From the NCBI GenBank assembly GCA_038214755.1, contig JBBQRQ010000001.1:1-64000 (forward strand): a stretch of DNA of 64,000 bases, given 5' to 3'. Below the pieces are notes generated by a model, which did not search any database, had not been told where the DNA came from, and was given only the letters and a program-made list of their open reading frames with translations. Source of the stretch: Verrucomicrobiota bacterium (GTDB lineage: Bacteria; Verrucomicrobiota; Verrucomicrobiia; Limisphaerales; CANJXF01). Positions 9,641-19,032 of this stretch are shown here, piece by piece (the stretch's first letter is position 1; every line of letters starts with the position of its first letter). The position numbers were made by a program, and so were the translations under genes.

Positions 9641-10348
9641 GTGACCGGCATCCGCATCAAAGACCTTCCCGATTCCGAACGGCCACGGGAACGTTTGGTC
9701 GAGCATGGCGCAGAAAAATTACGCAGCGCGGAGTTGGTTGCGATCCTTCTGAGAACGGGGATGAAAGGTTTTTCCGCCATCCACATTGGCGAAGAGCTTC
9801 TCCAAAAATTCGGAACGCTGGATAGTTTGTCGCGGGCTTCGTTGGAAGAGTTGCAGACGACAAAAGGAATCGGCCGTGACAAAGCCATCGCGTTGAAGGC
9901 GGCCTTTACTCTCGCTCGCCGAATGGCGGCGGAAATTCGCAGCGAGTCGCCCGTGCTTGATAATCCCGAAGCGATTGCGGATTTATTTCGCGAAGAAAAT
10001 CGCGCGTATCAAGTGGAGAACTTTCAGGTCCTGCTTTTGAATTCGCGCCGGAAATTGATTCGCCTCGAACAAATTTCTCAAGGGACACTCGACAGCATCC
10101 TGGTTCATCCGCGCGAAGTTTTTAAATCCGCCATCGCTGCCAATGCGTCCGCCATTGTGCTTCTGCACAATCATCCCAGCGGCGATCCGGCTCCCTCCGA
10201 TGCGGATGTGAAAGTGACGCGCGATTTGATTCGCGCCGGGCAGTTATTGAAGATCGAAGTGCTCGACCACATCATTCTCGGACGGCGCACGCCGGAGCGA
10301 CCGAAAGATTATTCGTCGCTGAAGGAACTGGGATTTTTCTACACCTGA
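9641..10348 (+). CDS. radC: RadC (JAB domain) protein
   Basis: ERPRERL, HhH GIGRDKA, VHPREVF, HNHPSGDPAPS, LDHII. Confidence 0.95.
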   Translation: MTGIRIKDLPDSERPRERLVEHGAEKLRSAELVAILLRTGMKGFSAIHIGEELLQKFGTLDSLSRASLEELQTTKGIGRDKAIALKAAFTLARRMAAEIRSESPVLDNPEAIADLFREENRAYQVENFQVLLLNSRRKLIRLEQISQGTLDSILVHPREVFKSAIAANASAIVLLHNHPSGDPAPSDADVKVTRDLIRAGQLLKIEVLDHIILGRRTPERPKDYSSLKELGFFYT

Positions 10349-10351
10349 AAA

Positions 10352-11146
10352 ATGATTCATCCAACCGCCGTCATTCATCCCCACGCACAGGTTGATTCTA
10401 CAGCCAGAATTGGCCCCTACGCCGTCATCGACGAACATGTTTCGCTTGGCGCGAATTGCGTCGTTGCTCCTTTCGTGCATCTGACCGGTCACACTTTGAT
10501 TGGCGCAGGAAATATTTTTCACTCTGGCTGCGTGATTGGCGACGCGCCGCAAGATTTGAAATACGACGGCGAACCAACCCGACTGCGCATTGGCGACGAC
10601 AATGTTTTTCGTGAACACGTCACGGTGCATCGCTCCAATAAAATGACCGAAGAGACCGTGATCGGCTCGAAAAATTTTCTGATGGCCAACAGTCACGTCG
10701 GGCACAATTCCCATCTCGGCGACGAAATAATTCTGGCCAACGGCGCGCTGCTCGGCGGGCACGTCACGGTGGAAGATCGCGTTTTTATTTCGGGCAATTG
10801 CCTGGTGCATCAATTCGTGCGGATCGGGACGCTCGCCTTAATGCAAGGCGGCGCGGGGATCAGTAAAGATTTGCCGCCGTTCACCATCGCCACCGGCCAC
10901 AATCGAATTTGCGGACTGAATATGATCGGTTTGCGCCGCGCCGGATTTTCCTCGGAGCGACGGCTTGAATTAAAAAAAATTTATCACGCGCTTTTTCGCA
11001 GCGGAAAAAATTTCCGCCTGGCGCTCGCGGAGTCCCAAAAGCAGTTCACCAGCGAGGTGGCACGAACGATGTTGGATTTTATTGCCGCCAGTAAACGCGG
11101 CGTTTGCGTCGATCTTGGTGAGAGCAGGGACGAGGAATGTGATTGA
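10352..11146 (+). CDS. lpxA: Acyl-ACP--UDP-N-acetylglucosamine O-acyltransferase
   Basis: IHPTAVIHP, hexapeptide repeats, PQDLKY, HVGHN, VHQFVRIG. Confidence 0.9.
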   Translation: MIHPTAVIHPHAQVDSTARIGPYAVIDEHVSLGANCVVAPFVHLTGHTLIGAGNIFHSGCVIGDAPQDLKYDGEPTRLRIGDDNVFREHVTVHRSNKMTEETVIGSKNFLMANSHVGHNSHLGDEIILANGALLGGHVTVEDRVFISGNCLVHQFVRIGTLALMQGGAGISKDLPPFTIATGHNRICGLNMIGLRRAGFSSERRLELKKIYHALFRSGKNFRLALAESQKQFTSEVARTMLDFIAASKRGVCVDLGESRDEECD

Positions 11147-11172
11147 AAGTGACGGTCAAAACTTATTGACCC

Positions 11173-11491
11173 GTGCTGTTAAAAGCGGCGGAGGGCCGTC
11201 GCAGTCCAAGACGCTCTCGCGAATTTCGATGGCGCATGAATGGCGCGATAGCGTCTTGGAGTGCACCTGTCCTCTGGCGCTTTTGTTCTGACCATCAGTT
11301 TAAATCACACCCGTTGACATCGGGTGTATTTCAGGTGGCGTTCACTACCGGTGCTGTTAAAAGCGGCGGAGGGCCGCCGCACTCCAAGACGCTCGCGCGA
11401 ATTTCGATGGCGCATGAATGGCGCGATAGCGTCTTGGAGTGCGCCTGTCCTCTGGCGCTCTTGTTCTGACCGCCAGCTTGAATCACACCCG
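11173..11491. repeat. Two tandem copies of a ~140-bp REP-like element
   Basis: aaagcggcggagggccg..tccaagacgct...agcgtcttggagtgc..tcctctggcgct at ~11173-11312 and ~11351-11491; further copies at 12672-12812 and 52799-52899. Confidence 0.9.
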
Positions 11492-11571
11492 GGGACCACG
11501 CCACGATTGACTAACTGCGCCCGCTTCTCTATTACCAAGCGAACATTTCAACCAACGAAACGCTAAAATTT

Positions 11572-12642
11572 ATGCCCCCAAAAACCGCTGAAAAAAATTT
11601 TTCCCCCGACGCGAAATCCTCCGAAGCGACCAAAGCTACGGCCACTCGCGATCGCGAACTCGAAGCGGCCATTTCCTCCATCACCAAAGCTTACGGCGAC
11701 GGCAGCATCCTGCGCCTCGGTGCCGCTCATGCCGCGAAAAAGATCGACGTGATTCCGACCGGAGCGCTGGCGGTTGACCTTGCGCTTGGCGTCGGCGGAT
11801 TGCCGCGCGGACGTGTCGTGGAAATTTACGGCCCTGAATCTTCCGGCAAAACGACGTTGATGTTGCACGTCATTGCCAACGCCCAAAAGGCGGGCGGGCT
11901 CGCGGCCTTCATCGACACCGAACACGCGCTTGATCCCGGTTACGCAAAAAAATTGGGCGTGAACCTCGACGAACTTCTCGTGTCGCAACCTGACAGCGGC
12001 GAAGAAGCGTTGACCATTTGCGAAACGCTCGCGCGCTCGAACGCCCTCGACGTCATCGTGATTGATTCCGTCGCCGCGCTCGTGCCGAAAGCCGAACTCG
12101 AAGGCGAAATGGGCATGGCGACGATGGGCATGCAAGCGCGTTTGATGAGTCAGGCGCTTCGCAAACTCACCGCGGTTTTAGGCAAGTCCAAGACAACCTG
12201 CGTTTTCACCAATCAATTGCGTGAGAAAGTTGGCGTCATGTTCGGCAGTCCTGAAACGACGTCGGGCGGCAAGGCGCTGAAATTTTACGCGAGCGTGCGC
12301 ATTGATATTCGCCGCAAGGAAACGATCAAAGACGCGGCAGGTGTTGCGACCGGCAACCACGTCAAAGTTAAGATTGTGAAAAACAAAGTTGCGCCGCCGT
12401 TTGCCGAAGCGGAATTCGACATCATCTACAATCACGGCATCAACAAAGAAGGCAGCATCCTCGATGTCGGAATTGCCGACGGAGTGGTGGAGAAAAAAGG
12501 CGCGTGGCTGCAATTCGAAGGCAACTTGATTGGCCAGGGAAAAGAGGCTGCGCAAAAAACGCTCACCGAAAAACCGGATCTCGCGAAGAAAATTGTCGAT
12601 GCGATTATGGCCAAGCGGAACGGTGCGCCGGCGGCAGAATAG
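11572..12642 (+). CDS. recA: Recombinase RecA
   Basis: [39 protein letters not shown]. Confidence 0.99.
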   Translation: MPPKTAEKNFSPDAKSSEATKATATRDRELEAAISSITKAYGDGSILRLGAAHAAKKIDVIPTGALAVDLALGVGGLPRGRVVEIYGPESSGKTTLMLHVIANAQKAGGLAAFIDTEHALDPGYAKKLGVNLDELLVSQPDSGEEALTICETLARSNALDVIVIDSVAALVPKAELEGEMGMATMGMQARLMSQALRKLTAVLGKSKTTCVFTNQLREKVGVMFGSPETTSGGKALKFYASVRIDIRRKETIKDAAGVATGNHVKVKIVKNKVAPPFAEAEFDIIYNHGINKEGSILDVGIADGVVEKKGAWLQFEGNLIGQGKEAAQKTLTEKPDLAKKIVDAIMAKRNGAPAAE

Positions 12643-12671
12643 GAGTGTGATTCAAAGTGGCGGTCACTCCC

Positions 12672-12812
12672 GGTGCCGTTGAAAGCGGCGGAGGGCCGCC
12701 GCACTCCAAGACGCTCGCGCGAATTTCGACGGCGCATGACAGTCGCGAAGCGTCTTGGAGTGCGCCAGTCCTCTGGCGCTCTTGTTTTGACCGCCAGTTT
12801 AAATCACACCCA
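12672..12812. repeat. REP-like element, same family as 11173-11491
   Basis: Direct similarity; recA is flanked by copies on both sides. Confidence 0.9.
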
Positions 12813-12862
12813 CGGAATAGCGGGGCGTTGATGCCCTCTTCTGAAATGATTAAGGTTCGTTC

Positions 12863-13072
12863 ATGGACACGGTCGAATTTCTCACTGAGTTGAGCGGCAA
12901 ATCGGTTTTGACGATTCCGCAAGAGATCGCGGGGAAGCTTCCAAAATCCGGTCCCGCGCGCGTGATTGTTCTGACGGGCGACGTGGAAGAAACAGAATGG
13001 CGCAAGGGTGCCTACGAACAATTCATGCGCGAAGATGCGCCGGAAGATTCAGTTTACGACAACTATTCCTGA
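12863..13072 (+). CDS. Small hypothetical protein, probable antitoxin
   Basis: 69 aa; AbrB-like N-terminus (VLTIPQEIAGKL), acidic tail EDSVYDNYS; downstream toxin-like stub IFIAQFPFTS. Confidence 0.6.
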   Translation: MDTVEFLTELSGKSVLTIPQEIAGKLPKSGPARVIVLTGDVEETEWRKGAYEQFMREDAPEDSVYDNYS

Positions 13073-13111
13073 CCGTGTTTGGAAAATCTTCATCGCTCAA
13101 TTTCCGTTCAC

Positions 13112-13188
13112 CTCGTAGCCGCCGACGTGAGGAGGCGGATTGGTGGTCTTTCGGTCGAAATCCGCCTCCTCACGTCGGCGGCTACGAG
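13112..13188. repeat. REP-like perfect palindrome (gtagccgccgacgtgaggaggcggat family)
   Basis: Perfect arms; also at 23578-23649 and 39423-39495. Confidence 0.9.
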
Positions 13189-13202
13189 TTAGTCTCGAAA
13201 TT

Positions 13203-13931
13203 ATGACCACCAAACAAATTTGTGTGCTGGCAAATTCGGTGAAGAACAAAAACCGGTGTGTGGCGGGATTCGAGTTAAACAAGACGCAAGGCGGACAAAT
13301 TATCTGGGGTTCCTGGATTCGCCCCGTCAGCCCGCATGACAACGGCGCGGTGAATTTCAATGAGCGCCGGTTGCTGAATCGCAGCGACAATCAAGAGCCG
13401 CAAATTCTCGACGTGATCGAGATTTCCCTCACGCAACACGAAGCCGATCCCATTCAACCGGAAAACTGGCTGGTCGATTCGTCGAAAAGTTGGAAATGGA
13501 TTGGAACGATTCCGTGGAACGAAATTGCCGCGCGCGAAGAACGTCCCGTGGATTTGTGGCTGGAAAATCGCAAGTCTCCCGAGCGCGTCTCGACTGGTTA
13601 TTTGCAGCAACAGCCGAGCGTGCAATCGCTCTACTGGATTCGCCCTCAGAAAATTCACATCGAAGCCCACACCGAATACAATCGCGCGGAAGGCCGCAAC
13701 AAACGAGTGCGGCGAGTTTTGTTTTCCTACAACTGGTTCAATTACGATTTGCCGCTGACCGATCCCGAAATTGAAGCGCATTATTTTCCGGATTTTCCAA
13801 ACGAGAAGGAAGGCGTGCGGCGAATTGATCTCGCGTCGGGAAATAGGTGTCTGATGTGCGTCAGTTGTACGCCGGTGTTTAACGGCTTCCATTACAAAGT
13901 CGTGGCGACGATATTGGAACTGCCGGAATGA
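13203..13931 (+). CDS. Dual OB-fold domain protein
   Basis: ICVLANSVKNKNRCVAG, WIRPVS, YDLPLTDP, YKVVATI. Confidence 0.75.
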   Translation: MTTKQICVLANSVKNKNRCVAGFELNKTQGGQIIWGSWIRPVSPHDNGAVNFNERRLLNRSDNQEPQILDVIEISLTQHEADPIQPENWLVDSSKSWKWIGTIPWNEIAAREERPVDLWLENRKSPERVSTGYLQQQPSVQSLYWIRPQKIHIEAHTEYNRAEGRNKRVRRVLFSYNWFNYDLPLTDPEIEAHYFPDFPNEKEGVRRIDLASGNRCLMCVSCTPVFNGFHYKVVATILELPE

Positions 13932-14554
13932 ATTCGAGCGACGCACCAAAAAATCCCCTGTTCACGATTGGCCACTCCAACCTGGAGGCGGCCGCGTTTC
14001 TGAAATTGTTGCGGCAGCATAACGTTCAAACAGTGGCGGATGTTCGGTCGTCGCCCTACAGCCAATACACGCCGCAATTTAATCGCGAAGTTTTGCAAGC
14101 GACCCTCAGGCCAGCGGGAATCGGTTATGTTTTTCTCGGCGACGAATTGGGGGCGCGCCGCACCGAACGCGAGGTTTATGAAAACGGTCAGGCGACTTAC
14201 GAACGCATCGCGCAAACCTCGTCGTTCAAAAGCGGATTGGAACGCGTGTTGAGGGGATTGGGAAAATTTCGCCTCGCCTTGGTGTGCGCCGAAAAAGATC
14301 CGCTGACCTGTCATCGCACGATTTTGGTTTGTCGAAATTTGAAAAACGCTGGCATCGAAATCCAGCACATTCATTCCGACGGCCATTTGGAAACTCACGC
14401 CGAAGCCGAACAGCGGTTATTGCAAACGTTGAAGTTGCCGACCGAAGATTTTTTCCGAACGCATTCAGAAATTTTGAATGAAGCCTACGCGCTGCAAGGG
14501 AAAAAAATTGCCTATGCCGAAGAAGCTGAGAGCGAAATTCCGTCCGCCGTATGA
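13928..14554 (+). CDS. DUF488 family protein (long type)
   Basis: FTIGHSN, DVRSSPYS, FLGDELGAR, LVCAEKDPLTCHR. Confidence 0.9.
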   Translation: MNSSDAPKNPLFTIGHSNLEAAAFLKLLRQHNVQTVADVRSSPYSQYTPQFNREVLQATLRPAGIGYVFLGDELGARRTEREVYENGQATYERIAQTSSFKSGLERVLRGLGKFRLALVCAEKDPLTCHRTILVCRNLKNAGIEIQHIHSDGHLETHAEAEQRLLQTLKLPTEDFFRTHSEILNEAYALQGKKIAYAEEAESEIPSAV

Positions 14555-14997
14555 CCACGATTCAATTGTTCACCATCGGCTTCACCAAAAAAAACGCGGA
14601 ACAGTTTTTTGGTAAAATAATTTCAGCGGGAGTGAAACGCGTGGTGGATGTGCGGCTGAACAACACGTCGCAACTGGCCGGTTTCGCCAAGAAAGAAGAC
14701 CTCGCTTATTTTTTAAAAAATCTGGGCGGCATTGATTACGTCCATTTGTCCCAACTCGCGCCGACCCAGGACATGCTCGATGAATACAAAAAAAAACAAG
14801 GCGACTGGGCGCTTTACGAAACAAAGTTTCTTGAGTTGATGGCGTATCGGGAGATTGAAAAGACGATTGCGCCCGAAATTTTGGAACAAGGCTGTTTGCT
14901 TTGCAGTGAGGAAAAACCGCATCATTGTCATCGCCGCCTCGTCGCGGAATATCTTTCCGCAAAATGGAAAAATATTCATACGCATCATTTGGTTTGA
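14551..14997 (+). CDS. DUF488 family protein (short type)
   Basis: FTIGFTKK, DVRLNNTSQLAGFAK, LLCSEEKPHHCHR. Confidence 0.9.
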   Translation: MTTIQLFTIGFTKKNAEQFFGKIISAGVKRVVDVRLNNTSQLAGFAKKEDLAYFLKNLGGIDYVHLSQLAPTQDMLDEYKKKQGDWALYETKFLELMAYREIEKTIAPEILEQGCLLCSEEKPHHCHRRLVAEYLSAKWKNIHTHHLV

Positions 14998-15099
14998 AAA
15001 CCCGGTTGGATTTGAGCGAAAGACAGAATCCGACCGCACTGTTTTCCCAAGATTATCCTGTTTATCATGGGCATCCCTGTTCAATTGTGCTTCCACAAA

Positions 15100-15291
15100 A
15101 TGAGCGGGCAATTGACTGCGTTGAATCTTCACAAAAGCTTTGGGACGTTGTCGCCGTTCAGGGGGTGAGTCTGCACGTCGGCGCTGGTGAAGTCGTGGGA
15201 CTGCTGTGACCCAACGCGGCGGGCAAAACCACCACGTTGCGAATGCTCGCTGGAATTCTGACTCCGGACGCAGGCCAGATGCGGGTCAGGG
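15100..15291 (+). pseudogene. N-terminal fragment of an ABC transporter ATP-binding protein
   Basis: [57 protein letters not shown]: decayed Walker A with a stop and a frameshift. Confidence 0.8.
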
Positions 15292-15343
15292 AGGCTTGAC
15301 CCTGACGCTACGACGGGGCATAAGAAGCCTCCCGATTTTTCCG

Positions 15344-16690
15344 ATGTCCAAATACCTTATTTTATTTTCTGTTGCGCTGCTGGCTGGCCCGCTTTTTGCC
15401 GAACAGGAATTTATCACCACCCAGAGCCTTTCAAAGCAGTTCGTCATTTACGGGCCAAAAGGAACTCCGGCGCCGTCATCTCGTTTAAAGCGGCTGCCGC
15501 TTGATCCGACTTTTTTAACCGTGTCCTGCGAGCGAATAAAACAATCCGTGCTGGCGCAGTTGAGCGCCGACGAACGTTTGCAAATAAAATGGCGAACATC
15601 TTCACCCGGGAAAATTTATGTCGTGCTGCACCCCGGGACCGAGCAGCACCCGCTCATCACGCCGTTGCCAGGTTCCGCGCTGCCCGCTTATCGGATCGAT
15701 TTGCCGAATCTAATTGACGGGGCGCGTCTGATCGAAGCGATCACCGAGGTCGTGCTTCTGGAAATCGCCAATCGAAATTCCGACGAGAATTTTTCTCAAT
15801 TGCCTCGTTGGTTTTCTCAAGGCATCGCCGAGCAACTGAAGTCTGCCTCCCCGGAAACGCTCCTCTTACAAGCCAATCAGCCCATTTCCAGCGCCCAGGT
15901 AAAAATCGATCCAATCGCGAAAATTCGCAAAGAGTTGGAAACTTTTTCGCCTTTGACATTTGACGAATTAAGCTGGCCCGAAAAGTTGCCGCCGGAACGC
16001 TTCCGTTATTTTGACAAATGCGCTCAACTTTTTGTGCATGAACTTTTGCGTTTGAAAGACGGCGAGAGTTGCGTGCGCGAATTCCTCGATGAGTTGCCGC
16101 GGAATTTGAATTGGCAAGTGGCTTTTCTCCGCGCCTTCCGCCCGCATTTCCAACAACTCATCGATGTGGAAAAATGGTGGGGGCTTCGGCTCGTCGGGCT
16201 GACCGGACGCGATGCCTCGCAACTTTGGTCGCGCGAGCAATCACTGGAAGGATTGAACTCCGCTCTGCGCGTCCCGGTGCAATGGCTGGCCGCCGAGGCC
16301 GCGCCGAACCGCACCGATTTAACTTTGCAGCAAATCGTTTCCAATTGGGATCCGCCCCAGCAAAAAATTCCACTGCAAAAAGTAGTCAACCAACTGCGCG
16401 CCTTGCGAATCAGAATCCAACCGGAGATGGTTCTTTTGCTCGACGAATATGCCGGTGCTCTGGCGAATTATTTGGAAAACGACGAAAGGCAAGGGGTGAT
16501 CAAACGCATTTTTTTACGGAGCAATCTGCGCGACTTGCGGCAATCGACTTGCGAACGACTCGACGCGCTGGATCGTCGGCGTGCGGCTTGTGGCGACAAG
16601 CCGAAACCCGGCACCCGCGAAGAAGCGATGCTCAGCGCATTGGAAGCCGCGACCCGCGCAAATTCTCCTTCGACGACGCGCAAAGAATAA
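15344..16690 (+). CDS. Secreted hypothetical protein (possible degenerate peptidase-MA-like fold)
   Basis: Signal peptide MSKYLILFSVALLAGPLFA; LPRWFSQGIAE motif. Confidence 0.7.
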   Translation: MSKYLILFSVALLAGPLFAEQEFITTQSLSKQFVIYGPKGTPAPSSRLKRLPLDPTFLTVSCERIKQSVLAQLSADERLQIKWRTSSPGKIYVVLHPGTEQHPLITPLPGSALPAYRIDLPNLIDGARLIEAITEVVLLEIANRNSDENFSQLPRWFSQGIAEQLKSASPETLLLQANQPISSAQVKIDPIAKIRKELETFSPLTFDELSWPEKLPPERFRYFDKCAQLFVHELLRLKDGESCVREFLDELPRNLNWQVAFLRAFRPHFQQLIDVEKWWGLRLVGLTGRDASQLWSREQSLEGLNSALRVPVQWLAAEAAPNRTDLTLQQIVSNWDPPQQKIPLQKVVNQLRALRIRIQPEMVLLLDEYAGALANYLENDERQGVIKRIFLRSNLRDLRQSTCERLDALDRRRAACGDKPKPGTREEAMLSALEAATRANSPSTTRKE

Positions 16691-16761
16691 TCGTTGAGGT
16701 CCTTACTCGGCGAGGCGGCTAATTAGACTCGGGGCGTAACGATTCAATAGAGAAGTTGCTC

Positions 16762-16892
16762 GCCCTCACCCTAACCCTCTCCCCCCGAGGAGAGGGAACC
16801 TGAATCATAGGCTGGATCGGTCATTTAACGAGGACAGTTTCCAGCGCTGAATAATTTTCTCCCTCTCCTCGGAGGAGAGGGCCGGGGTGAGG
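16762..16892. repeat. REP-like element (ccctcaccc..ccctctccc family)
   Basis: ccctcaccctaaccctctcccc..gagaggga and ccctctcctcggaggagagggccggggtgagg. Confidence 0.8.
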
Positions 16893-16994
16893 TCGAGCGT
16901 TTCTTTTTACTGAATGGTTCCGACGCCGCTCGCCGTCCATTTCGCATTTTAGTTTCGACTTGGTTGCGCGTTTCAGAAAAGAATTTCTCCACCG

Positions 16995-18725
16995 ATGAAT
17001 CGCAGAAATTTTTTGCAAACCATTTCTTTCGTCGGCGGCGCGCTGGCGGCCAGTCCTGCTTTAATTTTTCCAAGGTCAGCGCGCGGTGAACAGGAACGCG
17101 CCGCAACGAGAATCGGTGGGAAGGAATTTTCCGCGGATGTAATTATCGCCGGCGGAGGCTTGGGTGGTTGCGCCGCCGCGCTTTCTGCTTTGCGAAAAAA
17201 ACTTCGCGTTGTCATGACCGAAGAAACGGATTGGATCGGCGGCCAGATCACGCAACAGGGTGTTCCACCAGACGAGCATCGCTGGATTGAATCCTTCGGC
17301 TGCACCCGCGCCTATCGCGAATTCAGGAATGCCATTCGCGATTACTATCGTCAAAATTATCCACTGACCGAAGCGGCGCGCTCCCGCTGGAACCTAAATC
17401 CAGGCGACGGCGGCGTTTCAAAGATTTGCCACGAACCGCGCGTGGCGCTGGCCGTGTTGCAGAATTTTTTTGTCCCGTATTTAAGTTCGCGTCAGTTCAT
17501 TTTGTTGCTCGAACATAAAGTCGTCGCGGCAGAAGTGGACGGCGACAAAGTCGACGCGTTGAAAGCCCGCAGTTCGCGGAGTGGGAATGAAATTATTTTG
17601 CGCGCGCCATATTTCATCGACGCGACGGAACTGGGCGATCTTTTGCCGCTGACCAAAACAGAATTCGTGACTGGTGCGGAATCGCAAAAGGAAACGGGCG
17701 AACTTCACGCGCCGGATAAAGCTGCTCCGGAAAATCAACAGGCGTTCACCGTTTGCTTCGCCATGGACCACGTCGCCGGAGAAAATCATCTCATCGAAAA
17801 ACCGCGCGAATATAATTTTTGGCGCGACTACGTTCCGCAACTTCGTCTTGCCTGGCCGGGCAAGCTCCTGAGTTTTACCTACAGCAATCCGCATGATCTG
17901 AAACCGCGGACTCTTGCCTTCGATCCTGATGGCGAAGTCGCTGGTTCAACCAACCTCTGGACGTATCGCCGACTGGTTCACAAAGAAAATTTTTCACCTG
18001 GAACTTTTCCCGGTGACATCAGCCTGGCCAATTGGCCGCAAAATGATTATCTGCTCGGCCCGTTGATCGGAGTGGACGACGCCGAAGTTGCAAAAAATAT
18101 TGAGCGCGCTAAACAGCTGAGTCTGTCCCTTTTTTATTGGCTGCAAACCGAAGCGCCTCGCCGCGATGGCAAACAAGGTTTTCCTGGCCTGCGATTGCGC
18201 GGAGATGTCCTCGGCACCGAAGATGGTCTGGCAAAATATCCTTACGTCCGGGAAGCGCGGCGCATCAAAGCAGTGTTCACCATTTTGGAAAAACATGTCG
18301 GGGCCGGGGCGCGCGCCAAGCTTACCGGGAAAGCCGAAAAGGAAGTTGTCGCGGAAATTTTTCCTGACTCAATGGGCGTGGGAAGTTACAACATCGACCT
18401 TCATCCGAGCACGGGCGGCGATAACTACATTGATGTTCCTTCGCTCCCATTTCAAATTCCCCTCGGCGCGCTTTTGCCACAGCGCGTAAAAAATTTAATT
18501 CCTGCCGCAAAAAATATCGGCACCACCCACATCACCAACGGCTGTTATCGATTGCATCCGGTGGAATGGAACATCGGCGAATCGGCCGGTGCGCTCATAG
18601 CCTACGCTCTGGAAAAAAAGGATTCGCCACATCGCATACGGGAAAACAAAACGCGCCTCGCGGAATTTCAAAGCCGTTTGCGCGGGCAAGGTGTTGAAAC
18701 GGAGTGGCCGAGCGGCCAGTTTTAA
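16995..18725 (+). CDS. Tat-exported FAD-dependent oxidoreductase
   Basis: NRRNFL Tat motif; GGGLGG dinucleotide motif; IDATELGD; YRLHPVEWNIGE. Confidence 0.85.
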   Translation: MNRRNFLQTISFVGGALAASPALIFPRSARGEQERAATRIGGKEFSADVIIAGGGLGGCAAALSALRKKLRVVMTEETDWIGGQITQQGVPPDEHRWIESFGCTRAYREFRNAIRDYYRQNYPLTEAARSRWNLNPGDGGVSKICHEPRVALAVLQNFFVPYLSSRQFILLLEHKVVAAEVDGDKVDALKARSSRSGNEIILRAPYFIDATELGDLLPLTKTEFVTGAESQKETGELHAPDKAAPENQQAFTVCFAMDHVAGENHLIEKPREYNFWRDYVPQLRLAWPGKLLSFTYSNPHDLKPRTLAFDPDGEVAGSTNLWTYRRLVHKENFSPGTFPGDISLANWPQNDYLLGPLIGVDDAEVAKNIERAKQLSLSLFYWLQTEAPRRDGKQGFPGLRLRGDVLGTEDGLAKYPYVREARRIKAVFTILEKHVGAGARAKLTGKAEKEVVAEIFPDSMGVGSYNIDLHPSTGGDNYIDVPSLPFQIPLGALLPQRVKNLIPAAKNIGTTHITNGCYRLHPVEWNIGESAGALIAYALEKKDSPHRIRENKTRLAEFQSRLRGQGVETEWPSGQF

Positions 18726-18783
18726 AACGGCCCAAAGCGCCGTAGGTCGCGCGTGCGCCAGACGCCTCTCACTTATGGGCCAC

Positions 18784-18854
18784 GGAACGCCGATCTCCTG
18801 ATCGGCACTGAAATGCTCCAGATTTCCGCGGGCCGATCTGGAGATCGGCGTTCC
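18784..18854. repeat. REP-like palindrome
   Basis: ggaacgccgatctcc ... ggagatcggcgttcc. Confidence 0.8.
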
Positions 18855-19032
18855 GTTATTTGGCAAAAGGTTGAGTCTCGCCTGCGTCGGATGTCCCTTT
18901 TTCTCGGGCGCAGGCGAGACGCACTGCGCTACTCTCGGTAGTCGCGAATCCGCCAAAAAAAAAGCGCCGCGCTCGGGGCGCGACGCTCATAATAATCCAC
19001 GGAACCGCAGTTCGGTGTTTCCACTCCTGCCA

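Noticed and set aside
11525..11550. Possible LexA box upstream of recA (GAACA half-site)
   Set aside because: Only one half-site; the matching TGTTC half of a palindromic operator is absent.
11173..11566. ORFs of 77-98 aa with internally repeated peptides; possible CRISPR-like array
   Set aside because: They are translations of two tandem REP-like elements; there are no unique spacers of constant length and no cas genes.
15206..15343. N-terminal extension of the 494-aa ORF
   Set aside because: Overlaps the ABC pseudogene; the signal peptide indicates a start at 15344.
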